Counted from the first letter of the stretch, positions 38,922 to 52,789 are shown. The stretch is DNA of 64,000 nucleotides from Octopus sinensis (GCF_006345805.1 NC_043003.1:81778001-81842000), one strand, 5' to 3'. Numbers and translations: made by a program. The notes: generated from the letters alone by a model not told the origin.

Positions 38922-40460
38922 TATGTATGTATATATGTACATATACATATTTACATATATATAGATGTGGATGTATGCGTGTGTGTACGCCCGCGATTTG
39001 TCTGACCACGAACACCGCTTGAAATACGGTGCTGATTAATTAATGTCTATATATATAGGAGAGAATTCTTTCAGTTTTCGGCTACTAAATCAAATCACTG
39101 AATGTTACTTGCCCCGGACTATGGCAGAAGTCACTAACCTAAGGTCCTGTGGTGTAAGACAACCTCTGACTACATGAAAGAGAATCCTGTATCGTAACAC
39201 ACACCCACGCCTGAGTCTTTACATATATATGTGTGTGAGCGTATAACATGCATATATATATTATACACGTGTATGATATTCTCTTTGTTTCATCCAACAC
39301 AAATTCTGTTGTGTCTGGGGAGAGTCATTTTCCTTTTGTGCCTTATAACGTAACACACTCACCGGTGTAAGATGTTTTACTAATATAAGTGACTTAATTT
39401 TATAGCTATGTCTACAAGCTTACATGTAATTTAAATTTGATTTTCTCCGAGACCCACTGAAAAATTATCGTTCTTATAGTAATGATATTTTCTGCATGTA
39501 TGTAGGCGTATCACATGTAAAAGTTTAGAATAAAATGTGTGAAAAGAGTAGAAACACAATACAAATGTACCTCAGCCAACTCATATATAACATAAGCTCT
39601 CAGCCACGTAGTAAATTATGAACTATCTTTGAGGCGCGAATTTGAAACAATTGAAGTAGTACTTCTCTGTATAAATTATTGTTTACATAACTTGACTTAC
39701 AATTTTGGTATAGCTTTTAGAGATTTCATTCCATTTCTCGTTTGCCCCGGTAATGTGATTTTGATACATCTCTCCCACTTTTATCATTCGGTACTTTAAA
39801 ACAGATTTATTTCACTACTGGCAAACAAATAATATGTAATTGTGCAAACATATATATACACCATCCCAACACACAAATATGTAACATAAAATTAATGCCT
39901 CATACAGAAAGAAAATACTTTACTATTAATACATTCCTACACAACATGTAAATAGATACATTCACGAAAGACTGATATTAATCTTTCGTCACTTTTATCT
40001 AAGCGACTAGCATGCATTTTCAAAACGACACACACACACAAACTACCCGAACGAGCCAAAAGGGAGCGCCAAAGTAGTGCTTTCATCTGTAAGAAATACC
40101 TTCTAATTCTGTTGCTACGGGCTAATGCAAACAAGTATATATTACATAACGTAATATGTAATCTTAAATGTAATATGTCTGAGAACGGTAAAAGAATGTA
40201 TGGAACAAAAGTGTGAGCTGCGGTAAATTGTTGGAGAGAGTATATATATATATATTATATATGACAAAATGAATATGACTTTACTGATGATTTTTGTAAT
40301 TTAATAATTAGATGTTCACAATTTATTAAGCGTTATAAGTAATAACCTAATAACTGAAGAAATATCTAAATATTATAGTGGAAAAAATATCAGAAAAGCC
40401 ATTTCTATTAATTTATTCAAATATATAATACTGTAGCAAGGACTTTCTATTTATATACAT

Positions 40461-40538
<78 letters not shown>

Positions 40539-40541
<3 letters not shown>

Positions 40542-40641
40542 CACAGTCGAAGTCAACTCTCGGTTACTCGTTGGATCAGTGTCCTCCAGTCAGTTCTATC
40601 CTGGGCCGCTTCTCTCAAATTGGCTATGTCCAGTCCGGTAT

Positions 40642-40642
<1 letters not shown>
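40539..40642 (-). mobile_element. RTE-clade LINE 3' tip (5'-truncated)
   Basis: DTGLDIANLREAAQDRTDWRTLIQRVTES matches the typical RTE C terminus (..A.DR..WR..); abuts (TA)n. Confidence 0.8.
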
Positions 40643-40677
<35 letters not shown>

Positions 40678-41427
40678 GATTGAAAGATATATACATACAC
40701 ACACATATATATATATATAGCAAGAAATTGAGGTTATGAGAGGTAATGGCGACAAGAAGATGCAAAGGTGTAAGATAATGCTGAGTAAGTGCAGACTGTA
40801 GTTAAGCTCCAGATTCGGCGATTATGCGAATGAGGATTCCAACGTAGGTCATATATTAGCATACATATATATTTAAAAAAATTGACAAAGTGAAAAAAAA
40901 ATCCAATGTGTTTGTCTTCAAACACATAACCCAACTTTTAAGACCCTTCAAAAATACCCTGAATCCAATAACACTGTTTACAAACACTGTGCATCGAACG
41001 ATCAATTCTAAATACTATTAGGTACACACAAGGTACAGGAAACTTATATGTATACCATCTTGCTTAAATAATGGAACTGCAGATACAATATCCCTGCATA
41101 TCTTACGTCTGTTTTCTTTCCTCCACTCTATTTCATATCTTCTATAGAATAACTCTTGCTTAACCATCTTCTCGCACCGTTTCCGATGAAGGGAAATATA
41201 AAATATCACGGAAACAGATGTAAGACCTGTTTATAAATGTTTTCAAATCTTTCACAGCCTTGCATTTTTATCTCATTCTGTTAATTATATATATATATTA
41301 TATATATATATATACACACACAGATACATATGTGTGCGTGTATTTATATATATATATAAAAGTTTATCCTACATTATAATATATACATACATATACACAC
41401 ACAGATACATATGTGTGTGTATTTATG

Positions 41428-41489
<62 letters not shown>

Positions 41490-42599
41490 TATATATATTA
41501 ATATTCAACAGAAGTAAAATAGTAACTGAAGGATGGAGAGTTTTGTGTACTAGCACTAATATACGCACACACTCACACACACATGCACAGGTAGCCCCTG
41601 CATTATGGCCAGGTCAGATTACGGAGTATCACGCTGACAGAAATTGCCTGCATAAATTACGACCATTAATTTCGGAATAAGTTGTATAATTCTACGTTTA
41701 AAGTAACTTGTATTGCATAATTCTAAACTGTTTACAATTAAAAACTCTACTTGTGTTTTAGTTAAGATCAAAGAACATTGTAAACTCTTTGAAAAATTAT
41801 CATCAATTTACACACATACATACACACGTACATATAACATACATAATCTATGTGTGTTTGTATATGCATATATGCTTGTATCTATGTATGAACGTATGTA
41901 TGAATGTATGTCTGCATGGGTGTTTCTATGATCAACACAAAGAGACAACTGCTAACTACTACAGTAATTTATAGTATAAAATAGATAAGCAAATCCATTG
42001 CAAATAAAAATATATAAATGTGTCCCCGTGTATTTTAAATGCTGAATAAAATACCTTTGATCTTAGATCTATGCGGATTGACTTGAGACTAAACGTCTAC
42101 AACAATAGAATTAGGAAGAGCAGTATAACTGCTACAGCATCAACAATACACGGCCGCCGTCATTAATATTTAAACCAATGCCACCCACTTCGTTCCCACT
42201 ATCAACCCGCAACTTTGGCATCCAACTGGCTTCACCAGATAGCAGTATGTACGCAAAAACATGTGTATGCATGGATGTGTGTATTTGTGTATCTATGAGT
42301 GTGTGAATGTGTGAGCATGCTTCTGTGTGTTTCTGTACGAGCGTGTGTTTGTATATGTGTGTGCGTGTGTGTGGGTCTTTATGTCTTAAGTCAGAGGTGC
42401 AAGAGTCGAACTGTCTATAAAATCTGGTAGACGTAGCACTTCCTCTTCACCGATCACTCTCCTTTTCCTTATTGCTTCAATAGAAATAAGACAAAATTCC
42501 GCTCTCACCAATCAGATTTTTCCTGGACCAATTTTTTTAATACATACTTGTGGTGCATAATTAATCGCCGCTAGTGTTGGATTTACATTCAATTTAAGA

Positions 42600-43877
42600 T
42601 GTCTGGAAAGAAGCTATGACGTCGAACTGAAGGCAGTAGTGCGAAAACGGATTGTAATCAGATTACACTGGATATGAAATTTAATGTCTTAAAAAGACTT
42701 GATGCGGAGGTAAAACTAAATAATATTGCCAAGTCATTAACTCTTGCAACATCTACAGGGAGAACAATACGTGACAACAAAGAGAAACTTACGTCAAATG
42801 CTAATGAAGGTAACTCGCTAAATGTTCGGAACTTACTTTTCTTTCGATCTAATACAGTCTTTCTTAACAGGTCCCTTTGGGATCCATATGGCCCTTTGCG
42901 GTTCATATAAGATCGTTTTGCTAAAAGTTATGTATAAATAAATTGGTTATACTTCTATAACACAATACACAAAATAATTTTAACAATTGTTTGATAAAGG
43001 TTTTAATAATATTTAATTATAAAAATATAATAGGATTTGTTAAACGAATAGCAGCTATGAGAGTCCACCCGACTAAAATTGGATTCAAAGGGGTTTTTAG
43101 GTCAAAAATAGAACGACTTTTGAGAGTATGGATCGAGGATCGAAATTGGCGTGATGTGCCGATTAACATGATAGTAATAAAAAAATTAAGCCAAAAGATT
43201 ATATGACACTTTATAGGAAAATGAGTTTGGAACTTCTAATGAAAAGCCCTTTTTTACTAGTAAAGGGTGGTTCGAAAGATTTAAGGAGTGCAGGAATTTG
43301 CACAACATAAAAAAGATTGATGTAACTTCGAGAGTTGATACAGAGGCTGCTACTAATTAACATTAGCAGTTGAAGAAATTGATTGCATCTACACACCAGA
43401 GCTAGAACATAATGTTGGTGAGACTGCACTTTCCTGGTAGCGCATGTCAGCTAGAACATTGTTTTCTTGAGAAGGAAAATCAAAACCAGGATTTAAAGAT
43501 TTCAAAAATCTTTTCGGAGGAAATGCCGATGATGATATGAAATTAAAGCTCATACATGCTCATCATTCCAAAAATTCGAAGACTTTCAAGAGGTACACAA
43601 ATTGTAAGCTACCTCTGATTTGGCGTTCAAATAAAGAAGGCATGGATAAGTAAGAGCATTTAATAAGAGTAGTTTTCAAACGTTTTCTGTCCTGACAGAG
43701 AAAGGTACAACGAAGCATTGATTGTATTAGAAAATACACTGAGTGACACATCGAAATTAGATGGCCTTTCTGATAATGTGAGAGTAGAATATATTCGCAA
43801 GAATAAAACTTCTTTGCCGCAGCCAATAGATCAAGGTGTGATAGCGAAATTCGAAACATAGTATAAGGGGAAAGCAA
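42600..43877 (+). mobile_element. Tigger/pogo-family transposase fossil (CENP-B HTH plus DDE), 3'-truncated
   Basis: ITLDMKFNVLKRLD..LATST; IERLLRVWIED; FTSKGWFERFK..LHNIK; NVGETALSW*RM (cf. N.DETGLFWK); KLPLIWRSNK; QPIDQGVIAKF. Confidence 0.9.
42855..43105. mobile_element. Possible MITE-like insertion nested in the Tigger ORF
   Basis: ~250-bp AT-rich block separates the two HTH subdomains; its ends loosely resemble CAGT..GGGTCC-type MITEs; no clear TIR or TSD. Confidence 0.35.
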
Positions 43878-43879
43878 TA

Positions 43880-43880
43880 C

Positions 43881-43931
<51 letters not shown>

Positions 43932-43995
43932 TATATATATTATATATATATATATATATACAGATAGATATACAGATAGATAGATAGATAGATAG

Positions 43996-44054
<59 letters not shown>
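43880..44054. repeat. (TA)n/(GATA)n microsatellite
   Basis: Direct reading. Confidence 0.95.
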
Positions 44055-44056
44055 GG

Positions 44057-44272
44057 CAAGGGTAAAGAACACCTTCAGTCATGAATGACCATGGGTTTGC
44101 ACAAGCTCAGGCAATGTTGCTTATGGAAGATCACCAGTCACTGATGCTCACCAGCCTCCCCTCACCACACCACCGATGTTATGCAAGGGAAAGTCAAATG
44201 CTAATACAGCTGTGGCGTTGCAACTCATTTCTACAGCTGAGCTGGAGCAACATTAAATAAAGTGTTTTGCTG
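44057..44272 (-). mobile_element. 5'-truncated, diverged SINE family B
   Basis: GTCATGAATGACCATGGG..CAACTCATTTCTACAGCTGAG matches 19620-19830. Confidence 0.85.
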
Positions 44273-44313
44273 CAGAACGAAATACGCACGTGTGCGCACA
44301 CACAGACACATAC

Positions 44314-44400
44314 AGGCATTGGAGTGGCTGTGTGAGAACACTGCTTCCTAACCTCGTGGTTCAGTATTGGGCATGTACCGACCAAAGCCTTGTGAGTGGA
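44314..44400 (+). mobile_element. SINE family C 5' fragment
   Basis: GGAGTGGCTGTGTG..CCGACCAAAGCCTTGTGAGTGGA. Confidence 0.75.
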
Positions 44401-44422
44401 AAGATCATTACGTCAATAATAA

Positions 44423-44627
44423 TCTTCTTTTCTATTATAGGCACTAGGCCTGAAACTTAGAGGAAGAGAGTTAGTCGATTATATCGACTCCAGTGTTTCA
44501 GTAGTACTCCGAAAGGATGAAAGGCAAATTCGACCTCGGTAGAATTTGAACTCAGAACGCATCGGCGGGCGAAACACTGCTAATCATTTCATCTAGCGTG
44601 ATAACGAATCTGCCTGTTCGTCGCCTT
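44423..44627 (-). mobile_element. Diverged SINE family A
   Basis: GAAAGGATGAAAGGCAAATTCGACCTCGG..TTTGAACTCAGAACG; head ends TCGCCTT. Confidence 0.85.
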
Positions 44628-44631
44628 GCAA

Positions 44632-44678
<47 letters not shown>

Positions 44679-45283
44679 TCACAGACATGACAGAGTTGGA
44701 ACCTACGTACATTGGAAGCTATGCCAACATTATGGAATAACAACAGAAAAAAGATGGTATAGGCACACACCAGAAAAGGTCACAGAAAACGAGAAGGCAA
44801 CCATACTCTGGGATATGCCGATACACACAGATAGAGAAATTAAGGCCAACAGACCAGATATAGTTGTCAGAGATCATGAAGAAAAAAAATGCTTTCTAAT
44901 TGATGTATCAATACCGGCAGATGACAACGTGTCTCTAAAAGAAATGGAGAAACTTTCAAAATACAAAGACCTGGAAATAGAGGTAACCAGAATGTGGAAC
45001 CTGAAAACAGAAACAATTCCTATCATAGTAGGTGCATTAGGCATGATAAAAAAATATTCAGACAAATACATAACAAAAACACCAGGACTTACAAACACAT
45101 ATAACATACAGAAAATTGCACTACTAGGCACTGCACACATCCTACACAGAACACTTTCCATACAGTAACCATCAGAGCATCACAACAAATCACAGCACAT
45201 ACCCAAGGCACACAGAGCTGCGCTCGGTAGTGAAGTGAAAGCACGCTATAAAAATAAAACTACTGAATAATAATAATAATAAT
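44679..45283 (+). mobile_element. Young 5'-truncated R4/Dong-type non-LTR retrotransposon in (AAT)n
   Basis: Uninterrupted RHDRVGTYVHWKLC..RPDIVVRDHEEKKCFLIDVSIP..KLSKYKDL..IVGALG..ILHRTLSIQ* (restriction-like endonuclease); (AAT)n on both sides, consistent with Dong TAA-repeat targeting. Confidence 0.95.
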
Positions 45284-45299
45284 ATTAATAATAAATATA

Positions 45300-45505
45300 C
45301 ACACTACAAAATCGAAGATATTTTCACGCGCACATGCACGCAGAAAGACAAATGTGCACGCTCACACACGCGCATACACACGAGCGCATAGACGGTAACA
45401 GATAGTCGCACACATAAAAAACGTATGCAAACATACATACACACGCTTTCCTATAAAAATAGCCAGTTGCACAGCACGCTAACACGTGTCAAAATACATA
45501 CACAC

Positions 45506-45543
<38 letters not shown>

Positions 45544-46100
45544 AAATCGATATACATGGAAGCATATACACTCACTCAGAAACCCGACTTAGCCACACAA
45601 ACACATGTAGTGGAACCACACACCACATGCAGGCGCACACACATGCACACGACCACACGCGCTCACACACACAAACGCACACAAACGTACATACATACAC
45701 ATAATATGATCCCCCCACCTTCCCTCCTCACATAAGAAACTACATCCATAAATCTTTATGGGATGACAAGCAAATCTCAGCAAATCTGAGACTAAAATGA
45801 CTTTGAACAAAAGGGCAAGCCCTGAAAGAGGTCATGGGCGCCCAATATACACACACGCACACACTCACAAACATATAAACACACATACAAGCAAACATGT
45901 GAATGTATACGCAAACACACACACACACACACACACACATTCCTTCACACACACACGCAAAAACACGTACACGAACACGTTCACACATATAGAAAAGGGC
46001 CCACGTACACACACACATGCACAGACAAATTCTTCGAATGCCTTCACCCTTCTTTGCAAGCAACACCGCATCTACATATTCATATACAATCATTCACTTA
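45300..46100. repeat. CA-rich compound/cryptic microsatellite field
   Basis: Direct reading. Confidence 0.85.
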
Positions 46101-46656
46101 AAGATGAAGTATTCTAACATATTCTGTACAATAAGCTGGCCTTACAAGTAAATTCTGCATATCTTATATTGCTATATTATATTTGACATATTGACCCTTT
46201 AATGTATAAATTTATCACTGAAACTTATTCCTTCTTATTTCGCTTAAGTCGAGTGGATGCAATATACTTTGACCTACTTTAGGATCTAGCATTAATGATT
46301 CGAAATTCAAACCTTAGAGTCATAATAGGGTCAATCTCATAACCGATTTTATAGCCATATCACGTTTCTAAATATTCTTCTCTCATTCTTTGCACTCAAA
46401 ATCTATCGCCCCTACTCGGTGTAATACTCTCTATACACTCAAACTCCAGTTCACGTCAAACTAAAACAGTGGCATTGAATAACGTTGTATAAAACCAAAT
46501 GAACAAGCTGCATGCAAACGTAAACCTCATTAGGAGAGATCAATCCAGCAGGAACATATATCTGACAGATTTAAATTCAATATTCAGTATAATTGTTTGT
46601 TATCACAAAAAATGTGTCGATCTCCTAAACTCGTTGTTTATTTCAATTTCTGATAT

Positions 46657-46893
46657 GTTAGTTACTTATTTAATTATTTGGCTCAAAAAGCAAAAAGCAA
46701 GGCCATGTAGGGGGACATAGAGTTATGTACAGGGTGGTGTTCAGGTAAAGAGTTCAGGCCACCTGTGGTCAAGGGAGACTTTGAACAGAGCGGTCGTCGG
46801 CATCTTCACCCTCTCGTCCGGCAGCTTATTCCACGGATCCGCAACCCGGACGGAGAAAGCCCCTCTCCTTCGATTGAGATGAAATCGTCGCAG
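46657..46893 (-). mobile_element. CR1/L2-group LINE 3' end
   Basis: RFHLNRR, AFSVRVADPWNKLPDERVKMPTTALFKVSLDHRW matches the CR1-type C terminus (FS.RV...WN.LP..FK..LD); short (TAAC)-like tail. Confidence 0.85.
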
Positions 46894-47281
46894 ATAGAGC
46901 TTTTATATATATATATAATATATATATATACATATGCACTTATGCATTTGACTGTCCCTAAAATAGGTTCATTTTTGTCCGTATGCATACTTATATATAT
47001 ACATAAATGGTTGGGTATGTATGTGTAAACAATATTTAGCAGGAAAGAAAAGTAATATCACTGCTAAAAGTAGATTTGGTCAACGCCACAAATTCAAAAT
47101 ACCCTGGTTAACAAATAGTCATTTTTACCCTAGGCACTGAAGTGAAAGTGGTGTTCGAAACCAACTTCGTGTGTTTATTTCAATAGATATAAAAAAAAAA
47201 AACAAGTAATCTTGGAAAGATATTAACCGTCTAGATATTTTCTTATCATTATATAATAATAATAACAACAACAACAACAAC

Positions 47282-47343
<62 letters not shown>

Positions 47344-47350
47344 TATTAGG

Positions 47351-47385
<35 letters not shown>

Positions 47386-47785
47386 GTTTGTTTACCCGCT
47401 TCTGACACGTATTCAGATTTACTACAGTTCGTCAATGCTGAATGTCCTTAGAGCTGTAAAAAAAAAAACATGCCCGTAGAGCGACTGGTGCGAGGCCAGT
47501 AATAATTTGGTTAACGATTACCCCGACGTGAAGATAATATGTAACAGTGTTTTGATATGTTACTGATTCACGTTTATCAGGTAAGAAGAATAAAAGCGAA
47601 GCGGTGCCATATCCATCCACAATTCGATGCACTTAGCTATAATACTATGTTAATTATCGCTTCTCCTCATAATTACGAGAGAGCCAGCAATACCAGCTTT
47701 TCAGGGAATGCATTACATGTTAACCGTTGCAAATTCCCCAAACTTAATGATAGACTTACAAGAGAATACGTTTTGTGGTCAATTT

Positions 47786-47855
47786 GGTCCTGGGATCGAC
47801 TAAACGTGGTACACCAGCATGGCCGCAGTCAAATGACTGAAACAAGTAAAAGTAA
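47786..47855 (+). mobile_element. SINE family C 3' fragment
   Basis: CCAGCATGGCCGCAGTCAAATGACTGAAACAAGTAAAAG. Confidence 0.8.
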
Positions 47856-47914
47856 ATTCATCTTTTTCTTTTTTACAGCTGAGTTATACTTCCTACATAT
47901 AAATACATACACAC

Positions 47915-47970
<56 letters not shown>

Positions 47971-47972
<2 letters not shown>

Positions 47973-48482
47973 TAGCAGTATCGCCCGGCGTTGCTCGGGT
48001 TTGTAAGGGAAATAACTATATAAGCATTTTTAGAGAGTTACTTCCCTTATAGATGCCAATTCGGGCTTTCTTAGCCATTTCTGTTTTGGTGTCTTCAAGC
48101 CATGAAGTCGTTGTCCTAAAAGAACGCTGGTCTCCTTGACAACGCTTTACGACGTTGATTTCCCTACACTCCCTTCCCCACAATTCACGAGGGAGGGAAG
48201 AAGGGGGAGAAGCAACACAGGTGCAGGTGTGACCATGGACGCCAACTCCGCCGCCATCGACACACGAAAAAATATGCGTTAAAATGGAAAAAATGATGTT
48301 AAATTATTTTTAAAATCGTAGACTCATTGTAGATGCGCGCTAATACCCAGACGGGCTCGATATGAATCACGGCTATAAGATACCCGAATTTGGTTAAACT
48401 GCACCGCAAAATGTGGAAGTAGTTAGGAATCTAAATCGTAGGAGACAGACACTCACACAACTACAGTTTTATATATATAGAT
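47971..48482 (+). mobile_element. Non-autonomous rolling-circle (Helitron/Helentron-associated, HINE-like) element
   Basis: Begins ACTAGCAGTATCGCCCGGCGTTGCTCGGG (short subterminal hairpin CCCG/CGGG), ends ACAGACACTCACAC..TTTTATATATATAGAT, embedded in (TA)n, no ORF. Assignment from recalled terminal architecture. Confidence 0.65.
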
Positions 48483-49514
48483 ATATATATATATATATAG
48501 CAGTACAAACTTGTTTGAGACGAATATCGAAACTCAATTGAAATTTTCTTTGCCAGACGCAATAATGTTGTTGAAACCTGACTGTCTCATTTATAGAATT
48601 CTGTGCTATAATAGATGGGCGTTTATCCTCTATCTTGAACGAAAACAATGAAATTCATTTACGTTAAATAAAACTCGAGTACTTGAGTATGAGTATTGCT
48701 ATTTCGACTCAAACAAAAGCGAATGGGACTTTACAACTTTCAAAGATAAAACCCAGTTTGAGGTAATTTGAAATGCCTATGAAATAGTTAATCATAATAT
48801 CAGAAAATTTCAGAATTTTTCATTGTTTGAAGATTGAGTATCCAGATAGAACCTTGCTTGCTCATTCGGTGCCCATATTGCATTTCTAAATGCCAAGGTC
48901 ACATATTTGGAAACAAAATCGCGATAATTGTATGGATATTCTTTCAACAGTAACAATGGAGTAATGCTGTTCTGTCTGTCTATTTTGAATGAGTGCAAAA
49001 GAACAGAGCTGTAAATGTCACTCTTAGACACATTAACGACCTGCATTTTCTTCCCCCAAATCCTCAAAATTGAATTAACGACCAACAAAATATGCATTTT
49101 GTAATTTAAATCTGATATGTCAATGCAAATTTAGCATTATTTCTTTTCCATTCCACGTCATATCTCTTATCATTTTTGTATCCCTTTTATAACGGTCTAA
49201 CCTAAAACCTCATCTATTTTTTCCCGTTAGAGTATATTTATTGTACATATTTTTTCGTTGCTATTGTAGTATTTTCGTTTCATATTTTCCTGAATTCCGC
49301 TACGTGTTTTTTTTCATGTATTAGTATTTGTTCGATTGTCTCCTCCTTGCCTCATAATCTTACGCACTTTACTTACCTTTTTTAATTTCCATGTATTTTT
49401 TTGCCTATCGGTTTATTCAACCAAATTATTGAAATAACTTGATGTCTCAGCCAACTCGAATTTTAAACTTATATATGTAAACATTTATTTGTGCGCGTGC
49501 TTGTGTTTGAGACA

Positions 49515-49700
49515 ACGCACACGGCCTAGTGGTTAGGATACTGTGCTTCATGTCACAATGTTCTTCATGGATGGAGGAGAGTGGCAAAACCTTCGGGCCT
49601 TTAGCAGACATGCTTTACGGTATATCTTCCGGCTTTCTGCGTTCTGGGTTCTAATCCTACCTGCCTGAAGAAGGCAACGGGAAACCACTCTATGTTTATC
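49515..49700 (+). mobile_element. Degenerate composite SINE
   Basis: A box GGCCTAGTGGTTAGG, second B-box-like GGGTTCTAATCC, RTE-like GGCAACGGGAAACCACTC tail. Confidence 0.5.
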
Positions 49701-51683
49701 CTTGGTATTAGTTATCATAGTCAAAGTTCCAGTAATCTACTTCACGGTAGAAGGGGAGAGTACAGGCTCTCATAAGTCATATGAAAGGTGCTGGGGTATG
49801 TTTACGTTCACAGAACATGGCCAAAGGCAGATCACCGTTATACTAGCTTCCATATGTGCGTGTGTTTTATGCTATAAATTTATATACTCCATGCGCACAC
49901 ATATATGAGTGTGTGTATCTGTGTCTAATATAAATACCGCACAAATACATTGTCTTCGCTCGAATAACGCAACGAAATAAATCTTTAAATGTTGCTTAAT
50001 ATTGGTAATAGTAATATAGTTTTAGTTGTTATCTAAAATCAATAACATTTCCAAAGACGCTTAAAATAAAATTTCTAATTTACTTGAATCATGATGGTAT
50101 CCTACTCCATTAAACTACTCATAATTTTTGTTGTCTGAGCTACAGAATGTGTTGGGAGGCCGACTTGTTGTTAATAAAACCGAAAATGAGATGGGTTTGA
50201 TAAAATAAAATGTTCGTTTATTTACTGGGTCATAAATCATAGATAAAATGATTGATTTATGTAGAATTGTCAGAAAATATGACGGCCAACACGAATGGCT
50301 GCAGATTGTAAATTGAAATATATTTTGCACAATGGATTGAAAACGCGAGATACCAACTATCATATTAGATAATACATATAAATGTAATTTCCTTACTTGG
50401 CGCCGCTTCATCGGATGTTTAGTATACACAGTTGGTTCCGCTTAATAAAATATGCTGTTAATTTGGTTTCAACTTTCAATTCAAAGTCTACCAATTACTT
50501 GCATGATTCCAATATTTAACTAGTATCGTTTTAATTGCTATCGTTAAAGTTGCCCCATGCATCTAGCTTAATGACTTAGTGAGACTGCTTTGTAGAAACT
50601 GAACTTATTTACTGCCATATATATTATCCAAAGTATGTATTTGTATTATAGTTTCACATATTAGCTATCTCACCAAGTACTAGATCGTAAAGATCAATAG
50701 TTTGAAGCTTCGTTGTCAAAGACACCCATTAATAACTGAATAATCTGCCGTATGGCTCGGGTATTGAAGCGTAGGTTTCTTCTGTCTTACCTAGTTCAGT
50801 ATTATTCCTTGATTTTAGCAAATAATCTTTTCCGAAAACCTAGGTCTCTTCAAATTCAACAGCGATTCTGTCGTGACTGCAATGTTTTTAAAAGTTTTGT
50901 GCGTTTTCATTTTTGCTTGTTTGTTTTTTTTTTTTTATAGTGTGTGTGATTGAAGACAGTCGACTTTGCAATGGAGAATATTTTAATTTCAATGTTCATG
51001 AACGAGCATTCATATTGCATCGTGAGCCTGAATGGTTTTTGCTTTTGACATAGTAGTTATCGATAATAGAGTCAAAGTAGATCTAATAACCTTGCTTAGT
51101 ACTGACTGAACTATTTTACTTTTTTGGAAGCAATATTTTTGATAGAAATATGATATTCATAAACTTTTATTCGTCTCTAACAGAACATAAACGCTGATTT
51201 TTTTTAAAGGAAGGTAATAATTTGCCACTCTGAAAATATTTCCTTGCCTTTCTTCCCACTGTATCGATTGCTTAATGAAATACCCTCCCACTATCATTTA
51301 ATAAAGTATCATTCTGACACTTGCTTTTGCTTCATTTATGAGAAGACAAGAGGCATACTTTCAAATGAAACATTTGTAGTTGCCAGTGTTGTCCTTCCAG
51401 ACGCAGACATGTCTGTAGTTAAGAGTTTGGTGAGATTGGAGGGCTCATTTGCTAAGCCGTTGTGTCATAATCTCGAGATATAACATAACTAATATTGGCT
51501 ATAGTAAAATTGTATAGGTAAACGTAATCAGTTGCCTGCCTTTACACGACCCCATTTCTTTTTGTTTTCGGAGAGAAAACTAGTATACCAGTGGGCTCGA
51601 TGTAAATTGCTGACCTTGCACCAACATTGGAAATCAGAATTAATGATACTTTTAGTAATTATGTAAAAATATACCCTAATGAA

Positions 51684-51794
51684 GGTATACTAGTGCGTTC
51701 GTTTAGATGGGTGTCTGTCACTAGTTTTTCTTGAATCACCGATAGTGCTTCACCATTTTGGACATCGGTGAAGAGACTTATCACATCTAGACTC
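51684..51794 (-). mobile_element. Inverted 111-bp copy of the Penelope RT segment 53488-53598
   Basis: By-eye alignment gives 5 mismatches in 111 bp; encodes SLDVISLFTDVQNGEALSVIQEKL. Confidence 0.9.
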
Positions 51795-52583
51795 GAGAAG
51801 CCGTTTTGTCCATACTTAATGAAGTTAAAACTTTCTTCAGAGCACACATCTTCCCAGCTCACACAGAAAATTTCATTTATACGGAAATACATGTAGTTTA
51901 TTAGGTTTTCTGTGACTTATTGTTAGCCATTTAAGTAAAAGGTTAAATCTGTAGTTGTTATATTTCATGCATGATATAGTGGAATACATTTACATATGTC
52001 TACCGTCATTGACATATATTGATTTATATTTTACGCTACCGTCTTTTATCATGTCAAGCGTAATCAATGACATACGGAAATAATGTTAATCTTAATCCTC
52101 TTTATACAAGCAAACACATATATATGTGTGTGGTTGTGTGTACGCATGTGTGCATTTGTATGTGTGTGTGTGTGTGATTGTATGTGTGGGGGTGAGTGTG
52201 TGTGCTTACATGTATATATGCATAAGTATTTACATTGGATACATACCAGTTCCTTTATCCATAATTGAACATACGATATTTGTGAGTGGGGACATGGGTG
52301 TGTGGGGGGCGTTCGGGGGGGGGGGGGCGGCGTGTTCGAGTTTAGAGGTATATATTATCTGGGCGGATACCGTGGCAGGAAATAAATTTTGAGAGTGTAC
52401 CAGTTTTCATACTGTCTACCGAGTGCAGTTATGAATAGCATATAAGAACCGGTATTAAGGAAGAATAAAACATATTCGAATTATAAGCCCTAAAATTCAC
52501 TCCATAATTGCCCACGGGCATAAGGCATAGTGGTTAAGAACACGGGTTACTAACCCCAGGCAGTGACCTGAATAATAATAATG

Positions 52584-52638
<55 letters not shown>

Positions 52639-52789
52639 TAATAATAATAATGATAATGATAATAATAAAAACAACATATCGAAAAATGCCTCCGAATGAG
52701 AACCAGGTTTGACATTTCCCCCAAACAAGATGAGGACAAATATCCGTCAAACGAAAATAATGTAAATACATTCCTCATCTCTTAAATAT

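Noticed and set aside
48810-49097. 95-aa non-repetitive minus-strand ORF
   Set aside because: No recognisable domain and weak splice support; it may hide an exon but cannot be supported.
49664-49690. CTGAAGA..GAAAC hammerhead-like motif
   Set aside because: No stem II; better explained as an RTE-related SINE tail.
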